64,000 nt of DNA from an uncultured candidate division Zixibacteria bacterium (GCA_963668625.2 CAXXKA010000010.1:96001-160000), one strand, 5' to 3'; shown: positions 51,497-62,191, numbered from the stretch's first letter. Numbers and translations are program-made. Notes: a model not told the origin generated them from the sequence alone.

Positions 51497-51575
51497 AATT
51501 GATAATTGTTGACAAGTTGTGGCATGTTGATTATATTTTATTAAAAATAATTTTGCAATATAGGAAATCTTTGAA

Positions 51576-52781
51576 ATGTCTAAGTCTGTAGAAGCAATAG
51601 TAACACCAGAAATATTAAAATGGGCACGTGACACTTCTGGTTATAATATTGATACAATAGCTAATAAGATGAAAAAGTCCTCAGAGATTATTAAAAAATG
51701 GGAGAATGGCGAATTAAAGCCTACTATTAGTCAACTAAGAAAATTGGCAAACTATTATAAACGCCCATTAGCTATTTTTTATTTAAGTGAGTTGCCAGAG
51801 ACGATAAAACCTCTTGCTGATTTTAGAAGGATCGAAATTGAGGAAATTTATAAAGAACCTGTTAAATTACAATATGAAATTCGACGTGCGATATTTAGAA
51901 GGGAAGCTGCTTTAGAATTATTGACCGATCTTAATGAAAAGCCTATTGAATTCATGGAAAGAATTAGTGTTAAGGATGATCCCTCAAAAGTTAGTAAGAA
52001 AATTAGAGAATTTTTAATTATTTCAGCAGACAAACAATTTGGTTGGAAAGATAAATATGAAGCTCTCAATAATTGGATTACTTCTGTAGAAAATTTAGGA
52101 ATTTTTGTATTTCAAGCAACAGGGATAGATATTGATGAGATGCGGGGGTTTTCTATATGCGAATTTCCTCTTCCTATAATTGGGTTAAATATAAAAGATC
52201 ATCCACATGCTAGAATTTTTTCCCTAATACATGAACTAGTTCATATAATGCTTGATGTAAGTGGTATATGCGATATATATGAAGGCCTTAACTTTAGGAG
52301 GCATGAAGAATATGACAGACATGAAATATATTGCAATAAAGTTGCTGGCTTAACACTTGTACCAGATAATGATCTGCTAATGGATGATATAGTAATTAAC
52401 AAAGGAAGTAATAAAGAATGGTCAGATTATGAAATCGGTTCACTATCAAAAAAATATCGTGTTAGCCGCGAGGTAATACTAAGAAGATTATTAGATGTTG
52501 ATAAAACATCTAAGAGATTTTATAATTCAAAAAGAAAAGATTTTCTTAAATTTTATGATGATTTTAAATCTAAACAAGAGACAAAACGACTAGTTCCACC
52601 TTATAGAAAAGTACTCAGCTACAATGGGGTATCATTTACTAATTTAGTTATTGATGGTTACTATAGGGGAGTGATTACATCAATGGATTTATCCAATTAT
52701 CTAAATACAAATGTTAAACATCTTCCTAAAATAGAAACTGAGTTGGTCTCTAAAGCGCAAAAATACGGAGCTTCGCTTTGA
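51576..52781 (+). CDS. Xre-HTH plus ImmA/IrrE (peptidase M78) protein
   Basis: N-terminal HTH (LKWAR...WENGELKPTISQL), DFRR and HELVH (HExxH); AT-rich; own TTGACA-17-TATATT promoter at about 51508. Confidence 0.88.
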   Translation: MSKSVEAIVTPEILKWARDTSGYNIDTIANKMKKSSEIIKKWENGELKPTISQLRKLANYYKRPLAIFYLSELPETIKPLADFRRIEIEEIYKEPVKLQYEIRRAIFRREAALELLTDLNEKPIEFMERISVKDDPSKVSKKIREFLIISADKQFGWKDKYEALNNWITSVENLGIFVFQATGIDIDEMRGFSICEFPLPIIGLNIKDHPHARIFSLIHELVHIMLDVSGICDIYEGLNFRRHEEYDRHEIYCNKVAGLTLVPDNDLLMDDIVINKGSNKEWSDYEIGSLSKKYRVSREVILRRLLDVDKTSKRFYNSKRKDFLKFYDDFKSKQETKRLVPPYRKVLSYNGVSFTNLVIDGYYRGVITSMDLSNYLNTNVKHLPKIETELVSKAQKYGASL

Positions 52782-53269
52782 AGTATTGCATCGATACAAA
52801 TGCTCTAATTGATGCATGGAGAGGGGCCTATCCGAAGGATGTATTACCTGATCTATGGAATAAGTTTGAGGAAATGATAGATGATGGAAGTTTAATCGCT
52901 ACAGAAGAAGTATTTAATGAACTAAATAAGCAGGATGATGAACTTGTATTATGGGCAAAAAGTAGATCCAAGTTATTTATACCTATTGACGAGGATATTC
53001 AAAATACTGTTAGAGACATATTATATAAATACCCTAAAATGATAAACGTAAAAAAAAGCAAATCTATGGCTGATCCGTGGGTAGTAGCACTTGCTATTAT
53101 TAATAAAGCAAAGGTTATATCTAGCGAAAAATACCAACAATCTAAAACTAAAGCACTTGATCAAACAAGTACAGTTAAAATCCCTGACGTTTGCCGAGTA
53201 TTTAATATAACTTGTTTTGATGTTGTTGGTTTTTGCCGTGATTTAAACCTCGTTTTTCATCTTAGATAA
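52778..53269 (+). CDS. DUF4411-family PIN-like protein (putative toxin)
   Basis: YCIDTNALI, EVFNEL, ADPWVVALA and KIPDVC; 4-bp overlap with the upstream gene. Confidence 0.8.
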   Translation: MKYCIDTNALIDAWRGAYPKDVLPDLWNKFEEMIDDGSLIATEEVFNELNKQDDELVLWAKSRSKLFIPIDEDIQNTVRDILYKYPKMINVKKSKSMADPWVVALAIINKAKVISSEKYQQSKTKALDQTSTVKIPDVCRVFNITCFDVVGFCRDLNLVFHLR

Positions 53270-53274
53270 TATAT

Positions 53275-53787
53275 ATGAGCATATATTCATTAATCACACC
53301 CGTCGAATTCATCAACCTTATTTACAACCACGTTGATAATCCCGAAATCACGATTAACCGTCATATCGAGATTAGCGCGCCGGCAGAAAGTGTTTTTCAT
53401 CTGGTAGAACGCATAGGCGGAGATAACGGCTGGTATACTTTCAACTGGATGCTGAAACTTCGCGGAATGATGAGCGGCAAATTCAAACCCTATCAGCGGG
53501 AGTACAAAATCCTCACGGTCGGGGATGATGTCGATTTCTTCAAGGTGGCAGATATCGAGAAAGATAAATACCTGCTACTTAAATTCAACGATAACCGTCT
53601 TGATGGCGTGTTCGGGTTTTACCTCGAGAAACGAGGAGTTCAAAAAACCATGCTTTATGCCTGTACCTATTTCGGTTTTAAAAATTCCTCTGGAAAATTA
53701 TACTGGCGTTTCGTCAATCCATTCGATAAATTTCTTCAGAAACGAATGTTGAGCAATATCAAGAGACTATCGGAAAATATGATTTGA
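53275..53787 (+). CDS. DUF2867/SRPBCC-like protein
   Basis: IEISAPAESVF...RIGGDNGWY, GDDVDFFKV and GKLYW. Confidence 0.6.
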   Translation: MSIYSLITPVEFINLIYNHVDNPEITINRHIEISAPAESVFHLVERIGGDNGWYTFNWMLKLRGMMSGKFKPYQREYKILTVGDDVDFFKVADIEKDKYLLLKFNDNRLDGVFGFYLEKRGVQKTMLYACTYFGFKNSSGKLYWRFVNPFDKFLQKRMLSNIKRLSENMI

Positions 53788-53887
53788 TAGTTACATGGCG
53801 GACTAAGCAACCCGTCTAAATGCTTGGTATGGTTCGCAACACACGAACCAGAAAGCGAAAGTTTTAATCTCTAATTCAGGAGGCCTT

Positions 53888-54265
53888 ATGGAGGGCTCGA
53901 TATATTTGTGGATTGGTGGATTTTACAATCTGGCGTTTCTCGTATTTCACGATTTCTTCTGGGTGATATTCAAATGGAAAGATGACCTGCCAAAACTCAC
54001 CCCGATCAACAAAGCGATAATGCAGGTATTGAACCTGATGCTGATTTTCACATTCCTAATTTTCGCCTACGCGTCGCTTTTCCACATGAGCGAGATGCTT
54101 ACCACACCGCTGGGAAAATCGCTGACATTGCTCATCGCAGTATTCTGGCTTATCCGCGCGATACTTCAGCTTGTATATTTCAGTCGCGTGAAACTGATCT
54201 CGTACATCATGTTTATTATCTTCCTGCTGGGCAGTTATTTGTATTTGATGGCATGGCTGGGGTAG
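53888..54265 (+). CDS. Hypothetical 4-TM membrane protein
   Basis: AGGAGG RBS; four hydrophobic segments. Confidence 0.65.
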   Translation: MEGSIYLWIGGFYNLAFLVFHDFFWVIFKWKDDLPKLTPINKAIMQVLNLMLIFTFLIFAYASLFHMSEMLTTPLGKSLTLLIAVFWLIRAILQLVYFSRVKLISYIMFIIFLLGSYLYLMAWLG

Positions 54266-54318
54266 ATTAGTATATTCTGTTCGAGTAAGCATAGTTAATA
54301 AAATCCTTAATTTCATTA

Positions 54319-54426
54319 CTAGGGGCGTATCGCGTACGCCCCATGTAGAAAGCTTGAGATGCAAAAGCAAACTTAACTGCGCTCTCGTAATATCCCACCC
54401 TACAGTAGTTGAGGCGGGGCACCCTG
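54319..54426. repeat. Degenerate GTAG-family REP elements
   Basis: CTAGGGGCGTATCGCGTACGCCCC hairpin, inverted CCCACCCTAC and a further GTAG start. Confidence 0.5.
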
Positions 54427-54510
54427 TATTAGTAGTAAAGTATTGAAACATATATTTGCTACAAATAGTAATATTATATATTGGTTTCAAAAATAAAGGG
54501 TCATAATGCC

Positions 54511-55251
54511 ATGCTTGATAGTAAGAAAATAATAGAAATCTCAATTGAAAATGAGAATGAAACTAAAGAGATATTTGAGCAACTAGGTTTTAGGGTTTTT
54601 AAGCTGGATTGTATTAAACGTTATACTAATAGTAGCAAATGCCCGGATTATCTGCTTGATAAAAGTGAATTAAAGATACTTTGTGAAGTTAAAACAATAT
54701 TTTCATCTGGTCAAGTAGAAGTAACGCGTGACCTACCTGATGGTACGGAAGAAAAATCCAACGAACAGGTTTCATTTTCTGCTGGTGAAATGAAGTATAA
54801 TGCATCATTCCCTATTGATGCTTCGCATATAGTAAAAAAAACATGTGATGCAGCATTAAACGATTCAATTGCTAAGTATAAAAGTATTACTCAGAATCAT
54901 GATGAGTTTAAAAGGCTGCCATACTTAGTAGCTTTATATTGCGACTTTTATGCTGATTCATTTGATTTTCTTGATATTGAAATAAAGAGATTTCCACAAA
55001 TCAGCTTAGTCATAAAAAAATATGATAATTGTTCAATGAAAAATATACTTGACATGTACTCCACTCACCAACTTGAAGTATTTATTAAAGCTAAAGAGAT
55101 GGGCTATAACGGCCCGGAAATTCCTGATTTTAAATTATTTAGAGATTCTAAACACTGGCATTATGTTATTAATCCAAATGCCCTTTTTCCAATTAATCCC
55201 AAAATAATAGGAGTGTGTCCTTTTGATCCCCGCGTTAAAACGATTGATTGA
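54511..55251 (+). CDS. Hypothetical protein, probable PD-(D/E)xK nuclease fold
   Basis: CPDYLL...LCEVKT motif; AT-rich single gene. Confidence 0.55.
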   Translation: MLDSKKIIEISIENENETKEIFEQLGFRVFKLDCIKRYTNSSKCPDYLLDKSELKILCEVKTIFSSGQVEVTRDLPDGTEEKSNEQVSFSAGEMKYNASFPIDASHIVKKTCDAALNDSIAKYKSITQNHDEFKRLPYLVALYCDFYADSFDFLDIEIKRFPQISLVIKKYDNCSMKNILDMYSTHQLEVFIKAKEMGYNGPEIPDFKLFRDSKHWHYVINPNALFPINPKIIGVCPFDPRVKTID

Positions 55252-55301
55252 ATACTTCCTCTGTAATATTACATATGTTAGGTGAATAGGTTCGATTTAC
55301 C

Positions 55302-55329
55302 TCTTGTCGCAAAGCCCTGCTTTGTAACG
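55302..55329. repeat. Solitary REP palindrome related to the MITE A internal hairpin
   Basis: TCTTGTCGCAAAGCCCTGCTTTGTAACG vs TCTCGTTGCGAAGCGCTGCTTCGCAACG: 22/28 identical with one compensatory pair. Confidence 0.55.
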
Positions 55330-55397
55330 AACAAGTAATTCCGCTAATTTCCCTCAATCCCCTTGACCATCCCCCATATCTTCGCTAAATTCACCTT

Positions 55398-56066
55398 ATG
55401 CTGTTAATTAAAAATGTACGCAAAGTTTACGGTAACTCGCCGCCGGTGCTGAGAAATGTATCCATGAAACTGGGCAGAGGCGAGATGGCTTTCCTGGTCG
55501 GCAAATCCGGGGTCGGGAAAAGCACGCTTATCAAGATGCTGTACCTCGAGGAACGACCCACCTCCGGCGATATCACCCTCGGCTCGGCTCGGCTTAACTC
55601 AATAAAAGATAGCGAAATACCAAAACTCCGTCGCCAGTTGGGAGTGGTTTTTCAGGATTTCAAGCTGATTTCCGAACGAACCGCCTACGAGAATATCGCT
55701 TTAGCGCTGGAGGTAGTCGGCAAATCCAAGCGGGATATATCCAACCGGGTGACCGAGTTGTTGAAACTGGTAGGGCTACTACATCGCAAAAACAATTACC
55801 CCGATCAGCTATCCGGCGGTGAATGCCAGCGTGTGGCGGTTGCCCGCGCCCTGGCCAACGAGCCGTTGTTGCTATTGGCAGATGAGCCGACCGGTAATCT
55901 CGATTGGGAGAACTCGAAAGCATTAATCGAGCTACTGAATAAAATCAACGTGCAGGGCTGTTCTGTCCTGATGGCGACCCATAACATGAGCCTGATAGAA
56001 AACTTGCCACAGCGTAAAATATATCTCAAGGATGGCATAGTCGAGGGGGGAGGCGAGATAGAATGA
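55398..56066 (+). CDS. ftsE: Cell division ATPase FtsE
   Basis: GKSGVGKST, LRRQLGVVFQDFKL, LSGGE and ADEPTGNLD; followed by ftsX. Confidence 0.93.
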   Translation: MLLIKNVRKVYGNSPPVLRNVSMKLGRGEMAFLVGKSGVGKSTLIKMLYLEERPTSGDITLGSARLNSIKDSEIPKLRRQLGVVFQDFKLISERTAYENIALALEVVGKSKRDISNRVTELLKLVGLLHRKNNYPDQLSGGECQRVAVARALANEPLLLLADEPTGNLDWENSKALIELLNKINVQGCSVLMATHNMSLIENLPQRKIYLKDGIVEGGGEIE

Positions 56067-56920
56067 ACTACTTCTTCTCCTCGATGCGAGAGGCGACACG
56101 CGCGGTCGGACATCAGTACGGAGCGTTTTTAGGCTCGGTGCTGACCGTGTTCCTGGCGATGCTGGTGGCGGGCTCGTTCGCGCTGATAATCAAGAATACC
56201 AATATCGCGCTGGAAAAACTTCGCAACGAGGCCATCGTAGAGGTGTATCTCGACACCGATATCGACTCGCTCGGCCGGGAAAGTCTACGAGATGAAATAG
56301 TGGCGAGCCGGTTCGTGCTGGGCGTCAAATTCATCTCCAGGGAAGCCGCGCTTTACCGTCTGAGAGAGACTTTCGGCCCGGAGATGGTGGCCGGCCTGAA
56401 AACAAATCCACTGCCGGAGTCATTCGAGATATCGCTCGATCCTGATGTTTTCGAACAGGAGAATTTCAATTCATTGATAGAGGAACTCGCTAAACTCGAT
56501 GGTGTGGATGATATCGGTTACGTGCCGACAGTTATCACCAAACTTAAAACGTTGTTTAACCTGCTTACGCTGCTGGGCTTGTTGATGGGATTACTGGTGG
56601 CGTTGGCGACCGGTTTCATAGTCGGCAACACCATTCATGTGAAGATAGCGGATCGTCGCCAGACTTTCTATATAATGCGTCTGGTTGGCGCCAGCACGAA
56701 TTTTATCCGCGCGCCTTACCTGATGATAGGCACTTTAATCGGTTTATTCGGTAGCAGCATGGCGATACTGTTTGCCTGGTTGGCCCAGCTTTATTTTTCG
56801 GGTTATATAATCCAGACAGAATTTTTAACTACTATCGAATTGGTATGTTTTATCACGTCGGGTGGACTGTTCGGGTTTATCGGTAGCTATTTCGCGTTGA
56901 AAAGATTTCTAAGGGTGTGA
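56063..56920 (+). CDS. ftsX: Cell division permease FtsX
   Basis: NPLP, NTI and MRLVGAS...IRAPY motifs; 4 TM helices. Confidence 0.9.
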   Translation: MNYFFSSMREATRAVGHQYGAFLGSVLTVFLAMLVAGSFALIIKNTNIALEKLRNEAIVEVYLDTDIDSLGRESLRDEIVASRFVLGVKFISREAALYRLRETFGPEMVAGLKTNPLPESFEISLDPDVFEQENFNSLIEELAKLDGVDDIGYVPTVITKLKTLFNLLTLLGLLMGLLVALATGFIVGNTIHVKIADRRQTFYIMRLVGASTNFIRAPYLMIGTLIGLFGSSMAILFAWLAQLYFSGYIIQTEFLTTIELVCFITSGGLFGFIGSYFALKRFLRV

Positions 56921-56921
56921 T

Positions 56922-58088
56922 ATGAGAGTTCTGTTCGCGCTCGTTTTAATCATATACATTTCTCCCCCGGTTTTTTCCCAGGTTACGCAGAAACAAACCG
57001 ATCTGGAAAATACCATACTGAACCGTCAGCAAGAGTTGGAGCGAATACAAACCGAGCTGATCGAGAAGAGAAAAAATATCGAGGGCCTGAAATCTCGGGA
57101 GAAACAGTACCTTAACGAGCTTTACGCGCTGGATGAGAAGCTGAATCTCAACGCCCAGTTGACCGCCAATATCACCAGACAGATTGCTGATATTAACAGG
57201 CTGGTGGAGGAGATGGAAGCTCGCTTGAAATTAAACGAGCAGGATCTCGAATATCGATACGAGGTGTTGAACGACAGACTGGTGTGGATATACAAACGCT
57301 CGCGGGTATCCTCGCTGGCGGCGGTGTTAAGCGCGGATGGCCCGGTACAGGCGGCGAGACGGTTATACCTGTTTTCTCTGCTCAATCGTTACGACCGGGA
57401 GACCTTGAACCGCATAGACTCACTAATTGTCAGTATCGAAAGCCAGAAGAGCGATTTGCTCGAGCGCAAGGGTGATATAACGGACCTGATGAGAGAGAAG
57501 CGGCAACAGACGCGGTTGATAAAAGCTGATAGAACGGTCAGAAACGGTTTGTTGAAGAAAGTCCGAACGGAGAAGGATTCCGAGCAAAAGGCAATCCGTC
57601 AACTGGATGAGGACCAGGAGCGAATAAACAGCATAATCGAGACACTGCTCGAGGATAGAAAAATAATGGATACCGAGGCGGCGGCGGAGTTCGAAAACCT
57701 GAAAGGGAAACTTCTGTGGCCGGTTTATGGCAAGGTGATACGCAAATTCGGTAAGATAAAAGATAAGAAATACAATACGACAGTCAGCAACCCCGGTATC
57801 GATATCAAGGCCGATGCCGGCTCGGAGGTTGTCGCCTCCACCAGCGGCGAGGTGGCTTACATTTCGTGGTTGCGCGGCTACGGCAGCTTTATCATATTGG
57901 ATCATGGCGGTGGTTACTACACGCTGTACGCGCATCTGGATGATATCAACGTGGAGGCCGGGCAGTTTATCACCGCCGGTGAAAATATCGCTACGGTAAG
58001 CGAAACCGGTGATCTCACCGGCCCAATCATTCACTTCGAACTACGATACGGCAAGGAGCAATACGATCCGTTACCATGGTTACGTTAG
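56922..58088 (+). CDS. envC: EnvC-like murein hydrolase activator (coiled coil plus degenerate M23)
   Basis: Signal peptide, long coiled coil, LWPVYG, GIDI, LYAHL and HFELR. Confidence 0.85.
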   Translation: MRVLFALVLIIYISPPVFSQVTQKQTDLENTILNRQQELERIQTELIEKRKNIEGLKSREKQYLNELYALDEKLNLNAQLTANITRQIADINRLVEEMEARLKLNEQDLEYRYEVLNDRLVWIYKRSRVSSLAAVLSADGPVQAARRLYLFSLLNRYDRETLNRIDSLIVSIESQKSDLLERKGDITDLMREKRQQTRLIKADRTVRNGLLKKVRTEKDSEQKAIRQLDEDQERINSIIETLLEDRKIMDTEAAAEFENLKGKLLWPVYGKVIRKFGKIKDKKYNTTVSNPGIDIKADAGSEVVASTSGEVAYISWLRGYGSFIILDHGGGYYTLYAHLDDINVEAGQFITAGENIATVSETGDLTGPIIHFELRYGKEQYDPLPWLR

Positions 58089-59233
58089 ATAAAATATTAG
58101 GACAAACTAAGCCGTTAGAGGCTATAGACCAGATAATAAAGCAGGGCAAACGCGGTCAGGCGATTCTATTAATCGGCAGGCCCGGGCTGGGTAAGTATGC
58201 CCTGGCGAATTATACGGCGATGAGGTTTTTATGCAGTCGGGATAACGTGGGCTGCGGCCAGTGCCCGAGCTGTAAAACGGTGATGAGCAATAATCATCCC
58301 GACTACCTGCTGTTGTTTCCGTTTCCGAATGTCTCCAGCGAATCGAAAAAGAACACGCTGTTTCATTTCTCCGATCCGACCAGCTCCGATGCCCGCTTCT
58401 CCGATCCTACCGCCGAGGAGGTCGCGCGTTTTCTATCCGAAAAAAGGGATGATCCGTACCGTATTATCGGATTCAAGAAGAAAGGCAATATCCCTGTCAG
58501 CGTGGTCAGGGATCTGATTCGGTCTACCTCGAAACGTCCTATGATGGCTGAGAGACGCGCTATTATCGTCAACGATATAGACCAGATGGCTTTTGGCGCG
58601 GCTGACCTGTTTTTGAAAACTGTCGAGGAACCGCCCGAGGATTCGCTTATCATACTCACCACCTCACAGCCGCATACGCTTTTGCCGACATTGCTCTCAC
58701 GGGTCAATAAAATTACGCTTTCGCCCATAAGTGATGATAGTATACGAAAATACCTCGATCGCTACCAGCTTAACGGTAACTCCGATTTCTACATTCGCTA
58801 TAGCGGCGGTAGTCCGGGCCTGGCATTGAAAGCATACGAGAACGACATGCTAACCGCCCGGGATAATATGTGGAAGATAGTCTCCGGGTATCTGGAGGGT
58901 AAGAAGGTCGGTTCGGTTATAGAGAAATTCAGGATGAAATACCCGTGGGGAGGAAATTTCGAGGAAATACGACGTGATTTCGATATATTGGAAAAAATAC
59001 TCCGGGATGTATATATGATGAAATTGGGGCTTGATAATACGCTTGTAAATATCGATATTAAAAACAAAATACAGGCGGCTGCGAACACGGCCCCTTCACC
59101 CGAGGTTTTAAGAAGATGGTTTGCCATACTGGGCAAAGCCTCCCGGGTGAACAGGATAAATAATGTCTCAGCTGATATTGCGTTTTGCGGGGCGTTCATA
59201 GAATTCGACCGCGCTAAAGCGCAATTCAATTAG
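58076..59233 (+). CDS. holB: DNA polymerase III delta' subunit
   Basis: GRPGLGK, CGQCPSC, HPDY, LKTVEEPP and LLPTLLSR; precedes yaaT-metG. Confidence 0.85.
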   Translation: MVTLDKILGQTKPLEAIDQIIKQGKRGQAILLIGRPGLGKYALANYTAMRFLCSRDNVGCGQCPSCKTVMSNNHPDYLLLFPFPNVSSESKKNTLFHFSDPTSSDARFSDPTAEEVARFLSEKRDDPYRIIGFKKKGNIPVSVVRDLIRSTSKRPMMAERRAIIVNDIDQMAFGAADLFLKTVEEPPEDSLIILTTSQPHTLLPTLLSRVNKITLSPISDDSIRKYLDRYQLNGNSDFYIRYSGGSPGLALKAYENDMLTARDNMWKIVSGYLEGKKVGSVIEKFRMKYPWGGNFEEIRRDFDILEKILRDVYMMKLGLDNTLVNIDIKNKIQAAANTAPSPEVLRRWFAILGKASRVNRINNVSADIAFCGAFIEFDRAKAQFN

Positions 59234-59245
59234 TTAGGTGGTAGT

Positions 59246-60142
59246 TTGTTTTATGTAATAGAATTTAAAGGCAACCGTCGCCAGGTATATGCGGCAACCA
59301 AAGAACTCGAGCTGGACGTTGGCAGGTATGTGATTGTACAGGCGGAGCGGGGCGAGGATATGGGCAAGATTAAGAGCCGCTCCGAGGAAACCGACTCCGA
59401 AATTCCAGATGACTGTTATAAAATCGTCAGAATGGCTACTGACACCGATCGAGATCGCCTGAAATTTAACCGTCAGAAAGAATCAGAATCGAAAGCCGAA
59501 TGCCAGAGGTTTATAGATAAACACGGCCTTAAAATGAAGCTCGTTGATGTCGAGTACCAGTTCGATTGCAACAAGATTACGTTTTATTTCACCGCCGAAA
59601 AGCGGGTGGATTTCCGTGAACTGGTCAAAGACCTCGCCGCTACCTTCAAAACACGTATCGAACTTCGACAGATTGGCGTACGTGATGAGGCGAAGCGCCT
59701 GGGTGGTTTCGGTATTTGCGGTAAGGAGCAGTGCTGCTCGAGTTTTCTGGATGATTTCGAGACTATATCCACCCAGATGGCGCGAACACAGAACCTGGCT
59801 TTAAATCCGCAGAAGATTTCCGGAAATTGCGGTAGACTTCTATGCTGCTTGAAATACGAGCAGGAATTCTATGAGAAAACGTTACCGGAATATCCTCAGG
59901 TAGGATCGAGATACCTGTTTAAGAACATCGAGGGTACGATCGATAAGTTCAATATTTTCTACGAGAATATTACTATGAGGTTGGAGGATGGCACATATAG
60001 GACAATCAGCCTCGATGAGTACAAAAGGGCATTGCAACGCAAAGAATACAAACTGCTCAGGCATGCCGAAAGACGCGAGAGGCCGGTAAATCATAACGGC
60101 AACAACAGGAACAATCAAGAAGGTAACGGTAATTCCGATTAG
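59246..60142 (+). CDS. yaaT: PSP1/YaaT (RicT) family protein
   Basis: RVDFRELVKDLA, RIELRQIGVRDEA, GICGKEQCC and SGNCGRLLCCL motifs. Confidence 0.9.
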   Translation: MFYVIEFKGNRRQVYAATKELELDVGRYVIVQAERGEDMGKIKSRSEETDSEIPDDCYKIVRMATDTDRDRLKFNRQKESESKAECQRFIDKHGLKMKLVDVEYQFDCNKITFYFTAEKRVDFRELVKDLAATFKTRIELRQIGVRDEAKRLGGFGICGKEQCCSSFLDDFETISTQMARTQNLALNPQKISGNCGRLLCCLKYEQEFYEKTLPEYPQVGSRYLFKNIEGTIDKFNIFYENITMRLEDGTYRTISLDEYKRALQRKEYKLLRHAERRERPVNHNGNNRNNQEGNGNSD

Positions 60143-60247
60143 ATAATAATATATTCCTGATGTTGAACCGTCGCCGGACTATCGTATGTCGTTAGTCGGT
60201 GATGCTTTCATGAAACGTTTGTTATGATAAACCAGAAGGATACGAAT

Positions 60248-62170
60248 ATGAATAAGTTTTACATAACTACTCCCATTTACTACGCCAACGGCGAGCCGCA
60301 TATTGGCCACGCCTATACTACAGTGCTGGCGGATGTTCTGGCGGACTACCATCGGATATTCGGGCATCCCACGTATTTTCTTACCGGCACCGATGAGCAT
60401 GGACAGAAAGTACAGGAAACCGCGGCCAGGAATAATATCACAGCACAGGAGCAATGTGATATTTATTCGAAGAAATTCCGCGATGCCTGGAGTGAGCTTA
60501 ATATCAGGAATGATGATTTCATTCGTACCACCGAGGATCGTCATAAAAAAGTAGTTCGGAGTATTCTGCAAAAGGTCTACGAGGCCAAAACCGAGGATGG
60601 CCGGCCGCTGATATATACCTCTAATTACGAGGGTTGGTACTGCAAATACGAGGAACGCTACTGGACCGAGAAAGACCTCATCGACGGCAACTGTCCCGAT
60701 TGCAACAGGCCGGTAGAAAATCTTTCGGAGAAAAACTACTTTTTCAGGATGAGCTATTACCAGAAATGGCTTGTCGATTATATCAACGAGCATCCCGAGT
60801 TCATCCAGCCCGATTTCCGGCGCAACGAGGTGCTGGGATTTTTGAAACAGCCGCTGGGTGACCTGTGTATCAGTCGACCCAAAAGCCGCCTCTCCTGGGG
60901 GATCGAGCTGCCGTTCGATTCCGATTACGTTTGCTATGTCTGGTTCGATGCTCTCATTAATTATATCTCGGCGGTTGGTTATAATGCCGGCGATGATAAG
61001 TTCGAATTCGAGGGACAATGGTGGCCCGCTGTTCATCTCATGGGGAAAGATATCCTTACCACTCACGCCGTTTATTGGCCGTGTATGCTCAAGGCTATGG
61101 GCGTTGATATGCCGAAAACGATATACGCGCATGGTTTCTGGATAAGTGACGGCACCAAGATGTCGAAATCGCTGGGTAATATAATCAGCCCGCTCGATCT
61201 GAAAGATAAGTACGGCGTCGATCCTTTCCGTTATTATCTGGTGCGCGAGATGACATTGGGGCAGGACTCGTCCTATTCCGAGGAGAGCTTCATCCAGAGA
61301 TATAACTCTGAGCTGGCTAACGATCTGGGAAATTTGCTTTCACGTATAATGAAAATGATTATTTCTTACTGTGAGGGAAAAATACCGGAGGTTACCGGTG
61401 ATGATGACTCAGGTATTGCCGATGATGTTGCCGTACTCAATAAATCGGTCGAGAGCGACCTAGCTAATTTTCAGTTGAACTCCGCCACCGATAAGATAAT
61501 GGCTTTCATTCGCTCGGTGAATAAATATATCGAGCAGAACAAACCCTGGGAACTGGCGAAAAACAATGAAACCGGTAAACTCAACCGTGTGTTGTTCAAT
61601 GCCGCTAACGCTCTGGCTCATGCAGCTTACCTGCTAAAGCCGATCATCCCCGAGAAATCGGCGGAGATATTCAAGCAGTTGAATTTTACGGTTGAAAATG
61701 ATAAAGCCAATGACGTTCGCGATATCGACGTATATCCCAAGCTTGAATCCGGCTCCGAGATTCATAAAGGAGATACCCTGTTCCCCCGTCTGGATAAGCC
61801 TAAACCGAAACAGGAGCAGAAGAAGAAAGAGAAACCCACTGCGGCAGTCACCGTCAAGTATGATGATTTCGCGAAGATCGATTTGCGAGTAGCCGAGATC
61901 AAGGAAGCCGAGAAAGTGGAAGGCGCCGATAAACTGTTGAAACTCCAGTTGGAGATAGGCCAGGAGAAACGCCAGATCATCGCCGGTATTGCCAAGCATT
62001 ATCAACCCGAGCAGTTAGTCGGTAAGAAGATCGTGGTAATATGCAATCTAGAACCGGCTACGATTCGCGGCGTGGAATCCAATGGTATGTTGTTAGCCGC
62101 CAGCAAAGGCAAGAAGCTAACGTTGGTAACGGTCGAGGATGATATCATCTCCGGGGCTAAGATAGGTTAA
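60248..62170 (+). CDS. metG: Methionine--tRNA ligase with C-terminal tRNA-binding domain
   Basis: YITTPIYY, HIGH, KMSKS and C-terminal OB fold. Confidence 0.97.
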   Translation: MNKFYITTPIYYANGEPHIGHAYTTVLADVLADYHRIFGHPTYFLTGTDEHGQKVQETAARNNITAQEQCDIYSKKFRDAWSELNIRNDDFIRTTEDRHKKVVRSILQKVYEAKTEDGRPLIYTSNYEGWYCKYEERYWTEKDLIDGNCPDCNRPVENLSEKNYFFRMSYYQKWLVDYINEHPEFIQPDFRRNEVLGFLKQPLGDLCISRPKSRLSWGIELPFDSDYVCYVWFDALINYISAVGYNAGDDKFEFEGQWWPAVHLMGKDILTTHAVYWPCMLKAMGVDMPKTIYAHGFWISDGTKMSKSLGNIISPLDLKDKYGVDPFRYYLVREMTLGQDSSYSEESFIQRYNSELANDLGNLLSRIMKMIISYCEGKIPEVTGDDDSGIADDVAVLNKSVESDLANFQLNSATDKIMAFIRSVNKYIEQNKPWELAKNNETGKLNRVLFNAANALAHAAYLLKPIIPEKSAEIFKQLNFTVENDKANDVRDIDVYPKLESGSEIHKGDTLFPRLDKPKPKQEQKKKEKPTAAVTVKYDDFAKIDLRVAEIKEAEKVEGADKLLKLQLEIGQEKRQIIAGIAKHYQPEQLVGKKIVVICNLEPATIRGVESNGMLLAASKGKKLTLVTVEDDIISGAKIG

Positions 62171-62191
62171 ACTAAATCAGAATAAATCCAT

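Noticed and set aside
60179-61132. Long antisense ORFs (60179-61132, 6843-7481, 49854-50462, 57423-58034)
   Set aside because: Fully opposite well-supported genes; typical codon-bias shadows.
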